Below are positions 9,927-18,915 of a stretch of DNA of 64,000 bases, in pieces. A model generated the notes under the pieces. The model made no database searches and had not been told where the DNA came from. It saw nothing but the letters and a program-made list of their open reading frames with translations. The stretch comes from Spirochaetota bacterium (GTDB taxonomy: Bacteria; Spirochaetota; UBA12135; COTS27; JAFLEE01), in contig JAFLEE010000010.1 of the NCBI GenBank assembly GCA_017302015.1, positions 20,752-84,751 of the forward strand, written 5' to 3'. The translations under genes were made by a program, and so were the position numbers. Each line of letters opens with the position of its first letter. Within the stretch, counting starts at the first letter, position 1.

Positions 9927-11198
9927 TCAGGTGCGGCGTTTCCGATGCGTCGATTTTGGGCCGGCCCGCAAGCCGGTCTCACCCGCTTCCTTTACCGGAA
10001 AGATTTTGCTGCGCGTCAGCGGGGTGAGGATCGTGGTCAAGACGATACTTACGAGAATCGCCCAGAAAGTAAATTGGCGGATGGGTTCCCCCAGCGGGAA
10101 CCCCGAGAGCGTGACCATCCCGGCGAGTACAGCGGCGGCCAGACCCTTGGGAATGAGGATCGATGCGGTCGCCATTTCATGGACACTGGCTTTGCCGCGG
10201 AAGAAGGCCCAGACCAGGAGTGGCCGAATCGCATAAATCGCAAGGGTGGTCAGGGCCGCCGGAAGGAGGAGTTGCGGCGTTTTGACGGGAAGCGAAAGAC
10301 CGAGGAAGAGGAAAAAAAAAGTTTTCAGGAGGAAGACCATTTCGCGCCAGAAGACGCGTTGTTCCTCGTCGGGGGAGGCGAGGGCGCGGCCGTTGATCCG
10401 ACGGAGGAACCCGGGAAGTTTGACCTGCCTTCCTGGCTTCCCCCAAGAAGCGAGTGCCGCGCCGAAGGCCAGAGCAGCGATGCCGCCGCTATACCCGAGC
10501 CATTCGTTGAATCCGTAGAGCATGAAGGCGATGGCGAGGGCGGAAAACCGCGTGTTAGGGAATTTGGGAAACGTACCGAGGAAGACGAGCCAGCCGATCC
10601 CGGCGAGTATCCCGATGACGGAGGCGATCACCAGGGAAGAGATCATGCGGCCAACGAGATGCCCGGGATCGAGATGGCCAGAGGTCGCCGCGCCGAGTAG
10701 CCCGAGGGTCAGGACGATACTGAGCACATCCGTGAGCGCGGATTCGAGAACCAGGGAGGACCGGATCGGCTCCTGGGAATGAAGGCCGCGGAGCAAGGGC
10801 AGTACGACCGCGGCCGAGGTGCCCCCGAGGATCGTGCCTTGGAGGGCGGCAGCCATCCAGGGCCAATCGAGCCACCAGTGCGCGGCTAGGGTGAAAGCGG
10901 TGCCCGTCATTGCAAAGGTGGTCAGCGAAAGGGGGGCGCTCAGATGCATTCCCCTGCCAAGATCGCGAGGGGTGAGATCGGTTCCCCCTTCGAAGAGGAG
11001 GACGACTAGGGCCATGGTCGTAAGCACCGGTCCCGCTTTTCCAAAATCATCAACGGATACCCAACCCGCCCATGGTCCGATGGCCAATCCGAGGAGGATC
11101 AGGAATAAGACATCGGGGATGCGGGTCCGCTCGAATAAAATCTGGAAAAAATGGGCCGTAAAATAGAGGATGCCGACAAAAAGAATCGTAAAACCCAT
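9927..11198 (-). CDS. CPA1-family Na+/H+ (cation:proton) antiporter
   Basis: 423 aa with about 11-12 TM helices. N-terminal ...FERTRIPDVLFLILLGLAIGP... and ...LLFEGGTDL... are typical of NhaP/CPA1 exchangers. Confidence 0.7.
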   Translation of the reverse strand: MGFTILFVGILYFTAHFFQILFERTRIPDVLFLILLGLAIGPWAGWVSVDDFGKAGPVLTTMALVVLLFEGGTDLTPRDLGRGMHLSAPLSLTTFAMTGTAFTLAAHWWLDWPWMAAALQGTILGGTSAAVVLPLLRGLHSQEPIRSSLVLESALTDVLSIVLTLGLLGAATSGHLDPGHLVGRMISSLVIASVIGILAGIGWLVFLGTFPKFPNTRFSALAIAFMLYGFNEWLGYSGGIAALAFGAALASWGKPGRQVKLPGFLRRINGRALASPDEEQRVFWREMVFLLKTFFFLFLGLSLPVKTPQLLLPAALTTLAIYAIRPLLVWAFFRGKASVHEMATASILIPKGLAAAVLAGMVTLSGFPLGEPIRQFTFWAILVSIVLTTILTPLTRSKIFPVKEAGETGLRAGPKSTHRKRRT

Positions 11199-11396
11199 CC
11201 AGGATTATAGCCTATGGACCTATTTTCGCTCTTTTTTCGAGAAATCCCGATGGTAAAATCGGGGATGCACCGATTTAGCCGCCAAATTTTGCTTGTCGCG
11301 GGCATTCTCCTGCTCGGAACCTTGGGTCAATAATGCCTATTATTCATCATCCTGCGCAGCACTGGCACCAATGATGAAATCATTCGCGAGTCGGGA

Positions 11397-12302
11397 TTGA
11401 TCCGAACCGACGCACATCGCTATGTCAAATTAGTCCTGGGAGAAGAGTGGGCGCAAAGCGCCGCGGTGGCGAGCCATCTCGATAAGCATTGGAGGGAGCT
11501 TGTTTCGAAACGCCTCGAGTGGTCTCCGTATCGGAAAGGTCAAATCGAATACCTCGATGGGATGCGTCAGTTGATGGCGCAATGGCGCGGCATCGTCGCT
11601 CTCAGCCAGGCTTACCAGGTTTCCCCGTCTCCGATACTCCGGCGTCGACTCATTGAAGACAGCGAAGCCTTGATTTCATTCCGTAATCTCAGCGCCGATT
11701 TTGTGGATGATCTCAAGTCGATCAAAACGATGGTCTTCGGGAGTTTGGCCGTCTTCGCCGTCCTTCTCCTGCTTTGCGCGGTCATCCTCCTGGTGGTCAA
11801 CCAAGTCGGAGTGCGCGGTCGATTGGAGGTCATGGCCCATCAAGACCGCCTCACTGGCATCTCCAACCGCGAACATTTCATCCACACATCGAAGCGGGCC
11901 AACCATGCGGTGGCCGGGGCCCTCTTGATGATCGATATCGACCACTTCAAGAGGGTGAATGATCGCTTCGGTCACGGGGTCGGCGATGGGGTGCTCAAGG
12001 AAGTCGCGGCTCGCTTGAAGGCCGAAATGCGGCAAATGGATCTCCTCGGCCGTATCGGCGGCGAGGAGTTCGCGGTATGGTTGCCCAGCCTGGATGTTCC
12101 AGGGGCCCTCTTGGTCGCGGAACGACTCCGCCGCGCCATCGAAGCGCCCGACTTTCCCGACGCGGGCAAGGTGACCATCAGCGTGGGCGTATCGGGTTGG
12201 CCCATGAAATCGGAATGGAAGGCCTCCTACCATCGCGCGGACCGCGCGCTCTACCAGGCCAAGGCGGCCGGGCGAAACGTTTGCCGCAGCGTTGAAGTTT
12301 AG
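11397..12302 (+). CDS. GGDEF-domain diguanylate cyclase with N-terminal sensor region and one TM helix
   Basis: C-terminal ...HFKRVNDRFGHGVGDGVLKEVA...LGRIGGEEFAVWLP... carries the GG(D/E)EF active-site and I-site-like motifs. A hydrophobic helix sits at residues ~108-130. Confidence 0.8.
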   Translation: MIRTDAHRYVKLVLGEEWAQSAAVASHLDKHWRELVSKRLEWSPYRKGQIEYLDGMRQLMAQWRGIVALSQAYQVSPSPILRRRLIEDSEALISFRNLSADFVDDLKSIKTMVFGSLAVFAVLLLLCAVILLVVNQVGVRGRLEVMAHQDRLTGISNREHFIHTSKRANHAVAGALLMIDIDHFKRVNDRFGHGVGDGVLKEVAARLKAEMRQMDLLGRIGGEEFAVWLPSLDVPGALLVAERLRRAIEAPDFPDAGKVTISVGVSGWPMKSEWKASYHRADRALYQAKAAGRNVCRSVEV

Positions 12303-12344
12303 GCCCTCCGAAGTCCGCCCCCGTCCAATGGTCGCGTCAAACGA

Positions 12345-12977
12345 TCAAAGGGTCTCTTTCCCTTTTTCCCCTGGGCGGGGCGATCGAGACTCAATCGCCG
12401 CGCCGGACCACGCACGCTCCTCAACGCCTTCCTCTAGCCACTTTTTGGGTAGCGCTTTCTTTCGATCCAAGAGCGGGCCAAGAAAAAATTGCCGACGGGC
12501 CTGGAGGCATGTTTTCTCGGAACGCCGAAAGAGGGTAATAGAGGCGACGAGGCATAGTCCAGCCGTCACCGGATCCCAATTCGACTGGGCAGCCGTATAT
12601 TGATTGAATCCACGGGAATAATAATCCCGGGCGAGTAGGTTGGCCGCCCGCCAAGCAGATCCTGGGCGAGTTTTGGGCAGGAACGGAAACTCCGAAGAGG
12701 GGAGTCCCTTCAGGCGCTCACGCGCCGAAGCTTCCCACTCCGAGGCGATCGGGAAGATTTCCATGACCTTTTCCCACTGTCGCACGATGTCCAAATTACT
12801 GGCCGCTTTTTCCGAGTATTCTATGGTTGCTTGGAGATCCCCATTCAGGCCCGCCTGTTTCGCTCGCTCAAAGCACTGGAGGGCTTCCACAAAACTGGGG
12901 TGTTCCAGGTGGGAGGAGGCGCTGGCGAGGGTTGCCAGACAAAAACACCACCATGCTAGAAAAACGGATGTCCTCAT
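12345..12977 (-). CDS. hypothetical secreted protein (signal peptide), lower-GC than surroundings
   Basis: The start at 12977 has a perfect SD (AAGGAG 7 nt upstream). N-terminus MRTSVFLAWWCFCLATLASASS is signal-peptide-like. No recognizable domain. Confidence 0.5.
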   Translation of the reverse strand: MRTSVFLAWWCFCLATLASASSHLEHPSFVEALQCFERAKQAGLNGDLQATIEYSEKAASNLDIVRQWEKVMEIFPIASEWEASARERLKGLPSSEFPFLPKTRPGSAWRAANLLARDYYSRGFNQYTAAQSNWDPVTAGLCLVASITLFRRSEKTCLQARRQFFLGPLLDRKKALPKKWLEEGVEERAWSGAAIESRSPRPGEKGKETL

Positions 12978-13316
12978 GATTTTACTCCTTATTGAAACAG
13001 GATTCCATCGGAGCCGTGTCATTGGGCTCTTTCCTGGTAAGAGAGCCATGGTGCCCTTCCCGTCTCAGCTATGCCGGAAGTTGGGGAGGCACCTAGCCTT
13101 TTCCCGACAAATCATTTTAGGTTGCGATTTCTGGAAAGTGGATGGTGGAAAACCCTAAGATTCATTCAGAAATCCTTCCAAACGGTGCTTTGGATAGGCG
13201 GTCGGGCGTGGTGAGTCTCTGGGATTAAGAAATTCCCCTATTCCTGAATGGTTTCGTCCCCATTCAACTTCCCCAGTACACGGGCTAACCTTGGGTCGAG
13301 TTTAAAAGGAAGGACC

Positions 13317-14027
13317 ATGAGAAATCACGCGAAGTTGGTTTATTCCCTAGCGGCCGCATTCGGCCTATTTTCCTGTGTGGGTTTGCCCACCGCGGAATTG
13401 AAGGCGAGTGCCGAATTGAGGCGGAAAGCGTCCCAATTCCCCATCGAGCCATATGCGGGGGACCAACTGCAGTTGGCGGAAAAGAACTTTGTTTCCGGGA
13501 GTAACGCCTATTCGAATCACCACGCGCAAAGCGCAAAAGCCCTCGACGCGGCTTTCGTCGGGTTCGAGAAGGCACTCGCCATCGGACTGCCCAGGTATTT
13601 TTCCGACCATCAAAGGGTCGCCTATTCCAATTGGCGGCGCGCGGATGAAATATTTGCGTCCGTCTGCATGTCGAACCGGTATCAGAACGCGCAAACGCTC
13701 TATCAGGGCGCGCAACAAGCGTTCAACCAGGCTCTCGTGGGTTTGGTGCCGGAGGCGTCGAATAGCGCCTCCGGTTTCTATCCCCGGTCGGAAAGGCCCA
13801 GATCGGCAAAAGCGCGTGCGCTCTTCGATCAGGCCCAAGCCGCTCGTCGTGAGGCCCTCCTGGCCGCGGCCCAACAGATCACGGTGGCGGAACATGAGTT
13901 CAGCCTTGTCATGAAGGAGGCGAGGATCAAGAAGGAGCGCGCTGAAAACTTGATCGATCGCGTCCTCAAACGAGAACGGGAAGCGGAACGAAGGGGCGCG
14001 GAAACGGCCTCTCGAGCGAATCCATGA
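13317..14027 (+). CDS. lipoprotein, DUF4398-like helical repeats
   Basis: SD AAAAGGAAGG precedes the ATG at 13317. Signal peptide plus lipobox-like LFSC. Two helical repeats (EPYAGDQLQLAEKNF..., YQNAQTLYQGAQQAF...). Confidence 0.55.
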   Translation: MRNHAKLVYSLAAAFGLFSCVGLPTAELKASAELRRKASQFPIEPYAGDQLQLAEKNFVSGSNAYSNHHAQSAKALDAAFVGFEKALAIGLPRYFSDHQRVAYSNWRRADEIFASVCMSNRYQNAQTLYQGAQQAFNQALVGLVPEASNSASGFYPRSERPRSAKARALFDQAQAARREALLAAAQQITVAEHEFSLVMKEARIKKERAENLIDRVLKREREAERRGAETASRANP

Positions 14028-14183
14028 GCCACCTTCCGCCCATCCATCCAGGAGACTATCTATGAAACTCCCCCTCACCGCCCTTATTTCGCCGGCCTTC
14101 TGTTCGAATCGACGCCCGCTGCTTGGAAGCCGCGCCCCTATGATCAGCACCCCTCTTATACGGAGGCGAAGACTCTCCTCGAG

Positions 14184-14849
14184 ATGGCGAAATCGACCAA
14201 TGCCCGAGGCGATTATGACCAGAGTTCGCTATTGGCGCTTCAGGCCAGAGATAAGATGGAGGCCGTCATCGCCTGGCAGGGTGTGCTCCCCTTCGCCGCA
14301 ATGGCAGACCGGTGGTCCCAGACGGCGCGCACCGAACTGTCCCTCGCTCTGCCGGAAGGCGTGGGTGCGCTGCGTTCGCCGGATCATTTCGGGGCCCCGG
14401 TGTTTTCGAACCTGGTCAAGGCGGTGGCATTTTTCGAGAAGGGCAGCGCAGAATTTTCAAATGCCGAAACGCAATGGGGGGCGATCGTCTATTCCAACGC
14501 GCTGGAGGCCTGCATCGGCTCCTTCAGCAATTCTGCGGGAAGCGCGCGTCTGGCCCGGGCGGCGCGGGAGCGCTCATCTAACGGTTCGATCTCGAGGGAA
14601 TCTTCTTCGGTGGTCCGGCCGGCCTATTACGTGGTCCGAAACAACCCCTCCGACCGCGACTGTTTCTGGAAGATCGCGAAGAATCCTTCCATCTACAACG
14701 ATCCATACGCCTGGCGCGTGATCTATCTCGCCAACCGCGCCTTTTTGCAAAACCCCGAGAATCCCGATTTGATCCAACCCGGCATGCGCTTCGCCATCCC
14801 GAGCCTCCATGGCGAATCGCGCAACGGCGTCCACGATTCGGGACAATAA
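14184..14849 (+). CDS. paralogous DUF4398-like protein with C-terminal LysM domain (5' end apparently frameshifted; see findings)
   Basis: C-terminal CFWKIAKNPSIYNDPYAWRVIYLANRAFLQNPENPDLIQPGMRFAIP is LysM-like. The N-terminal part resembles the upstream paralog. Coding continues upstream in the same frame to ~14100. The signal peptide (MKLPLTALISPAFC, 14062) is in a different frame. Confidence 0.5.
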   Translation: MAKSTNARGDYDQSSLLALQARDKMEAVIAWQGVLPFAAMADRWSQTARTELSLALPEGVGALRSPDHFGAPVFSNLVKAVAFFEKGSAEFSNAETQWGAIVYSNALEACIGSFSNSAGSARLARAARERSSNGSISRESSSVVRPAYYVVRNNPSDRDCFWKIAKNPSIYNDPYAWRVIYLANRAFLQNPENPDLIQPGMRFAIPSLHGESRNGVHDSGQ

Positions 14850-14930
14850 ACCGTGCGCGGCTGCTCCAAAACTGTGTAAAATAGGTGAATTTCTGATCGC
14901 TCTCTGAGCGCGTAGAAAGGATAATATGAG

Positions 14931-16586
14931 ATGCTGAGACTCATGGATCAGAATTCTCCCGCCGATGTTCCGGTCAAATCGCGGTTTTCGCGACCTTTTC
15001 GTAATTTTTCCGCCGGTGTCTCCGCGCTTGGCCTGGCGATCGCTTTGACCGTCCTGATCGATTGGCTCATCCCGGATATCCGCATCAGGAAATTTCTCCC
15101 CCTCTTCCATACGATGAGCGGTTTTTCTGGCGTCTGTGCCTTCCTCGGCTCCTTGGTCCTTTATACCCTGTTGCTTGAAAAACCCAGCCATGTTTGGGTG
15201 CAACTCGGGAGAGTGGGAACTCTGGGTATCCTCGGGATTGCCTTCTTCAATCTGGTGTTCCTCTCGGGCTTCTATACGCTGACGCCGTCGGCTGGACACC
15301 GCACTCCGCATTCTGCCTACACCCGATCCAGCCCCATGTCACCCGCAGCCGCGGTCAATTTCCTGCTACTGGGCGTCTCGATGCTCCTAGGTTCTTTTCG
15401 CGAAAGTCGCTTAAGACCCATGGCGCAAGTGCTCGCGCTTCTGGCGGCGGTCCTCGCCCTTTTGGGCCTCAGCGGTTACCTCTATGTGACCGCGTCGGGA
15501 AACCCTCTGGATGAATACACGGCGATGGCCCTGCCGACCGCTTTGGTCGAATTGATGCTGGGCGCCGGCCTTATTTTCTCCATTCTCAAGGGCGGCCCGA
15601 TGGAGAGCCTCGCGCTCGATTCCCTCGGTGGACGGCTCCTTCGATGGACGGTTCCCGTTCTCTTGATCCTCCAATTCAGCTTCGAATGGGTCCGGGTGCG
15701 CGGGATGGCGCCGGGCGCGTACGAAGAATCCCTCGGCCTCAAACTCCTCTTTTCCCTCAACCCCATCGTCATCCTCTTCGTGATGCTCTACGCCGCCCGC
15801 TCCATCGACCGCAGCGACGCGTCGCGCCAAGCGGCCCTTTCGACCCTCCACGAACTCAACGCCCAATTGGAGGACCGCGTGGCCCGGCGCACCGCCGATC
15901 TCCACGAATCGAACCGTGCGCTCACCGATGAAATCTCGGAGCGGAAAAAACTCGAGGCCGAGATGGCTGAACTCCGCGAGCGCATCGAGGAGCGCCTCGG
16001 GCAACGGCTGCATGACGGCATCGCCCAGGATCTCTTCGGCCTCACCCTCGCGACCAAGGAACTCCAACACGAGCCGTCCATGGCACCCGAGCGGAAGCGT
16101 GAGGCGATCCAGGGCCTCCATGCCGGCCTCCTCGATTGCTGCCGCGCCGTGAAGCAACTCGCGCGGGAAATCTATCCCCCGGAGCTCGCCGCGGAGGGCC
16201 TCGCCCGTTCCCTGGAGGATCTCGCCTCCCATGTGGAGATCCAGCAGGGGGTCCGTTGCCACCTGTCCATCCAGCCCGGGGCGGTCCCCTCGCGCCATGA
16301 CGTCGCGATCCACCTCTTCTACATCGTGCAGGAGGCCGTCAAGAACGCCATTCGCCACGGCCGAGCGACGAAGATCCACCTGCGTCTCCACCGGGAAGGG
16401 CCGAAGATCCTCCTGGAGGTCCAAGACAACGGGATCGGCTTCCTGGCGGGGCAGCCGGCGGAAGGGATCGGCTTGAAGATCATCCGTAACCGGGCGAAGG
16501 CTTTGGGCGCCCGCTTAGAGATCCAATCACAGCCGGGAGCGGGCACGATCGTTCATTGCGCCCTCGATTCGGAAGTGCGTGCTTAG
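14931..16586 (+). CDS. sensor histidine kinase, NarL/HisKA_3 type, with polytopic membrane sensor domain
   Basis: N-terminal ~280 aa has at least 6 TM helices. Then a coiled coil and the HisKA_3 H-box (RLHDGIAQDL). C-terminal HATPase_c N and G boxes (VQEAVKNAIRHG, DNGIGF..., GIGLKIIRNR). Confidence 0.8.
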   Translation: MLRLMDQNSPADVPVKSRFSRPFRNFSAGVSALGLAIALTVLIDWLIPDIRIRKFLPLFHTMSGFSGVCAFLGSLVLYTLLLEKPSHVWVQLGRVGTLGILGIAFFNLVFLSGFYTLTPSAGHRTPHSAYTRSSPMSPAAAVNFLLLGVSMLLGSFRESRLRPMAQVLALLAAVLALLGLSGYLYVTASGNPLDEYTAMALPTALVELMLGAGLIFSILKGGPMESLALDSLGGRLLRWTVPVLLILQFSFEWVRVRGMAPGAYEESLGLKLLFSLNPIVILFVMLYAARSIDRSDASRQAALSTLHELNAQLEDRVARRTADLHESNRALTDEISERKKLEAEMAELRERIEERLGQRLHDGIAQDLFGLTLATKELQHEPSMAPERKREAIQGLHAGLLDCCRAVKQLAREIYPPELAAEGLARSLEDLASHVEIQQGVRCHLSIQPGAVPSRHDVAIHLFYIVQEAVKNAIRHGRATKIHLRLHREGPKILLEVQDNGIGFLAGQPAEGIGLKIIRNRAKALGARLEIQSQPGAGTIVHCALDSEVRA

Positions 16587-16594
16587 GAAGTCCC

Positions 16595-17266
16595 ATGGAA
16601 AAAAAAGGCCTCAGGTCGAAAGTATTCCTTGTCGAAGATCACCCCATCGTCCGCCGAGGGGTCGCCAACCTCATTAACGCGGAGTCCGATCTCACGGTCC
16701 ACGGCGAATCCGCGGACGTGAATGACGCGCTGCGGCGCATCCCCGTCGAGAAACCCGATGTGGCGGTCGTCGACCTGTCCATGGGAACCGGGCTGCTCGG
16801 CCTTCAACTCATCAAAGACCTCCGAAAGAGCGGCGTGGAGATCCCCATCCTCGTCCTCTCCATGCACGACGAATCAGTCTACGCCGACCGGGTGCTGAAG
16901 GCGGGCGGCCAGGGTTACGTGATGAAGGCGGAAGACACCTCCCAGATCATCGCCGCTATCCGGAAGCTGCTGCTGGGCAACGTCTACTTCTCCGAAAAGG
17001 TCGTGGCCCGCCTCCTGAGCCAACGGGGAAGCGCCCCCGCGAATGGCGAGACGAGGGAAGCCAATGATTTGGGCCTCAGCGATCGCGAATTGGAGGTTTT
17101 GCAGTACCTCGGGTCGGGGAAAAACACGAGAGAAATCGCGGCGCAACTCAACCTGAGCATCAAGACCATCGACTCCCACCGCGAGCACCTCAAGGAGAAA
17201 CTCGGCCTGAAACACTCCTCTGAACTGCTGCAGTACGCTTTCCGTTGGGTGCAATCCCAATCATGA
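16595..17266 (+). CDS. response regulator, NarL/FixJ (LuxR-HTH) family
   Basis: REC domain (VFLVEDHP...D at ~55, ...LSMHDE...) plus C-terminal LuxR-type HTH (LSDRELEVLQYLGSGKNTREIAAQLNLSIKTIDSHREHL). The ATG at 16595 is preferred over the upstream ORF start. Confidence 0.85.
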   Translation: MEKKGLRSKVFLVEDHPIVRRGVANLINAESDLTVHGESADVNDALRRIPVEKPDVAVVDLSMGTGLLGLQLIKDLRKSGVEIPILVLSMHDESVYADRVLKAGGQGYVMKAEDTSQIIAAIRKLLLGNVYFSEKVVARLLSQRGSAPANGETREANDLGLSDRELEVLQYLGSGKNTREIAAQLNLSIKTIDSHREHLKEKLGLKHSSELLQYAFRWVQSQS

Positions 17267-17369
17267 CGGTGCGCGTCCGCGGCGGGGCTTGACTTCCGTC
17301 TGACGGTTTTTCGAACCGTGTGAGTCGTCCGCATGCGCGGAAAGAACCGCCGAAGCACGAATTCCCGAT

Positions 17370-17443
17370 TGGGCCCTGAGTGATTTGAACACTCGACCAA
17401 AGGATTATGAGTCCCCTGCTCTGACCAACTGAGCTAAGGGCCC
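17370..17443 (-). tRNA. tRNA-Met (anticodon CAU), elongator-type; CCA not encoded
   Basis: I folded the reverse complement by hand. 7-bp acceptor stem GGGCCCT/AGGGCCC, D-arm GCTC-AGTTGGTCA-GAGC, anticodon loop CTCATAA, T-arm GAGTG-TTCAAAT-CACTC, discriminator A. The 1:72 G-C pair argues against initiator tRNA. A tRNA-Ile(lysidine) identity cannot be excluded. Confidence 0.75.
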
Positions 17444-17632
17444 GGTCATCGCGCCCAGATTTTACCGTAGAATCAACCTTTCTTCCCCGCGCAAACCCCG
17501 GGCGTACCTCGCCGCGCCCTTCCGAGCCATAAGCGGCAAGCCTCTTGAACGCCGTCCGTACACTCCATCCCCCCGCCCATTTTAGGTTAAGTTATCCCCT
17601 CCGCCGTCCAGCCGCCGAAAGGATCATGCCCC

Positions 17633-18580
17633 ATGAAGCCATCCCTGCGCCTTTCCCTCCTCTTCGCCATCGCGCTCCCCCAGGGCCTTCCTGCCATGGG
17701 GTCGGGCTTGTCCGTTTGCACCCTCCTCGTCGCGGGCATCGAACGCCGCTACGCCATCTATCTCCCGGAGGCCTGGGATGGCGTCAAACCCCTCCCGGTC
17801 GTGTTCATGTTCCACGGCGGAGGCGGCAGCGCCAAAGGCGCCATCGAAGAAACGGGATGGGAAAAGAAGGCCGAAGCCGAGGGCTTCATCGCCGTCTTCC
17901 CCGAGGCGCTCCCGCCCGAACCCAGGGCCCCGGCATCCTTCGGCAAGAATCCCCAGATATGGAACGACGGCTCCGGCCGCCTCCACGCGGGTGAGCGAAA
18001 TATTGACGACGTGGGCTTCGTCCGTGCCCTCATCCAGCTGCTGATCGCCCAATACAAAGTCGATTCCCGCCGCATTTATGTGACAGGCTTCTCCAACGGG
18101 GCCTCCATGGCCTTCCGCCTCGGGGTCGAACTCTCCACCCTCATCGCCGCCATCGCCCCGGTAGCCGGCGCTTTTTGGCTCGCCAACCCCCGACCCGAGC
18201 ACCCCCGTTCCCTTCTATATATAACGGGCACCGACGACCCCCTCAATCCCATGGATGGCGGGGCGCCCAAACTTCTCGGGTCACTCAATATGCTGGGCGG
18301 TAAACCCAAGCCTCCGGTTTTCGATTCCATCCAGAAATGGCTCGATTTGGCTCACCTCTCCCTCGACCCGGGCCTCGATGAGTCCAAGTCCGGGGTCCGA
18401 ACCCAGCGGTCCAAGCCCGTTAAGGGCGGCTGCGAACTGGTTTTTGTGATGATCCAAGGCGCAGGCCACGCCTGGCCCGGCGGCAAAAGCCTCCTGAATG
18501 CCCGATTCGTGGGCGAAACCACCGACAAACTCGACGCCACGGCCACGATTTGGGACTTCTTCAAGGCCCACTCCCTTTAG
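17633..18580 (+). CDS. secreted alpha/beta-hydrolase esterase (PHB-depolymerase / feruloyl-esterase family)
   Basis: Signal peptide, then an HGGGGS oxyanion-type motif (VVFMFHGGGGSAKG) and nucleophile elbow GFSNG (RIYVTGFSNGASMAF), typical of the esterase_phb family. Confidence 0.7.
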   Translation: MKPSLRLSLLFAIALPQGLPAMGSGLSVCTLLVAGIERRYAIYLPEAWDGVKPLPVVFMFHGGGGSAKGAIEETGWEKKAEAEGFIAVFPEALPPEPRAPASFGKNPQIWNDGSGRLHAGERNIDDVGFVRALIQLLIAQYKVDSRRIYVTGFSNGASMAFRLGVELSTLIAAIAPVAGAFWLANPRPEHPRSLLYITGTDDPLNPMDGGAPKLLGSLNMLGGKPKPPVFDSIQKWLDLAHLSLDPGLDESKSGVRTQRSKPVKGGCELVFVMIQGAGHAWPGGKSLLNARFVGETTDKLDATATIWDFFKAHSL

Positions 18581-18915
18581 TCCATCCTCCGCAAAGGCAA
18601 AGTCACCCCCCTATGGGCGCGCCCCTGCGCCGAATGCCCCCTTCCTGGCAGAAGTCCCTGGGCAGGGTCGGGCTGCTACGGGCTCCGCTTCGCTTCGGCC
18701 TGCCAGAAAACCCATTTGACGGCCCGTTTCGGCCTCGTCAGCCTTCATTCGGCCGTCATAAGAATCATCCATTGGGCAGGCTTCCCCTCCGCATCCCTCG
18801 CGCAGGCCTCCATTTCAAGTGCCTTTTGGCCCTCAACCCTCCTGGATCCCGGGGGCGACCGACCCAAATCCAACGTCTCCGGGGCTTTCCGGCCGTTATT
18901 GAAAGGGGGCCGAAT

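Noticed and set aside
11244-11268. imperfect inverted repeat ATCCCGAT-ggtaaa-ATCGGGGAT in the antiporter/GGDEF intergenic region, near a T6 run at 11231
   Set aside because: The hairpin is imperfect and no gene ends there. It could be an operator, but the evidence is too thin.
14062-14721. 219-aa frame-1 ORF starting MKLPLTALISPAFC
   Set aside because: Only the first ~15 codons (signal peptide) look real. The rest is Arg/Ser/Trp-rich nonsense overlapping the homologous frame-0 coding sequence. I interpret it as the frameshifted 5' end of the 14184 gene rather than an independent gene.
17295-17310. possible intrinsic terminator CCGTCTGACGGTTTTT after the response regulator
   Set aside because: The stem is at most 3-4 bp with a tiny loop. 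It is too weak to call.
17370-17443. initiator tRNA-fMet identity for the CAU tRNA
   Set aside because: Position 1:72 is a Watson-Crick G-C pair, and the three consecutive G-C pairs at the base of the anticodon stem typical of initiators are not evident.
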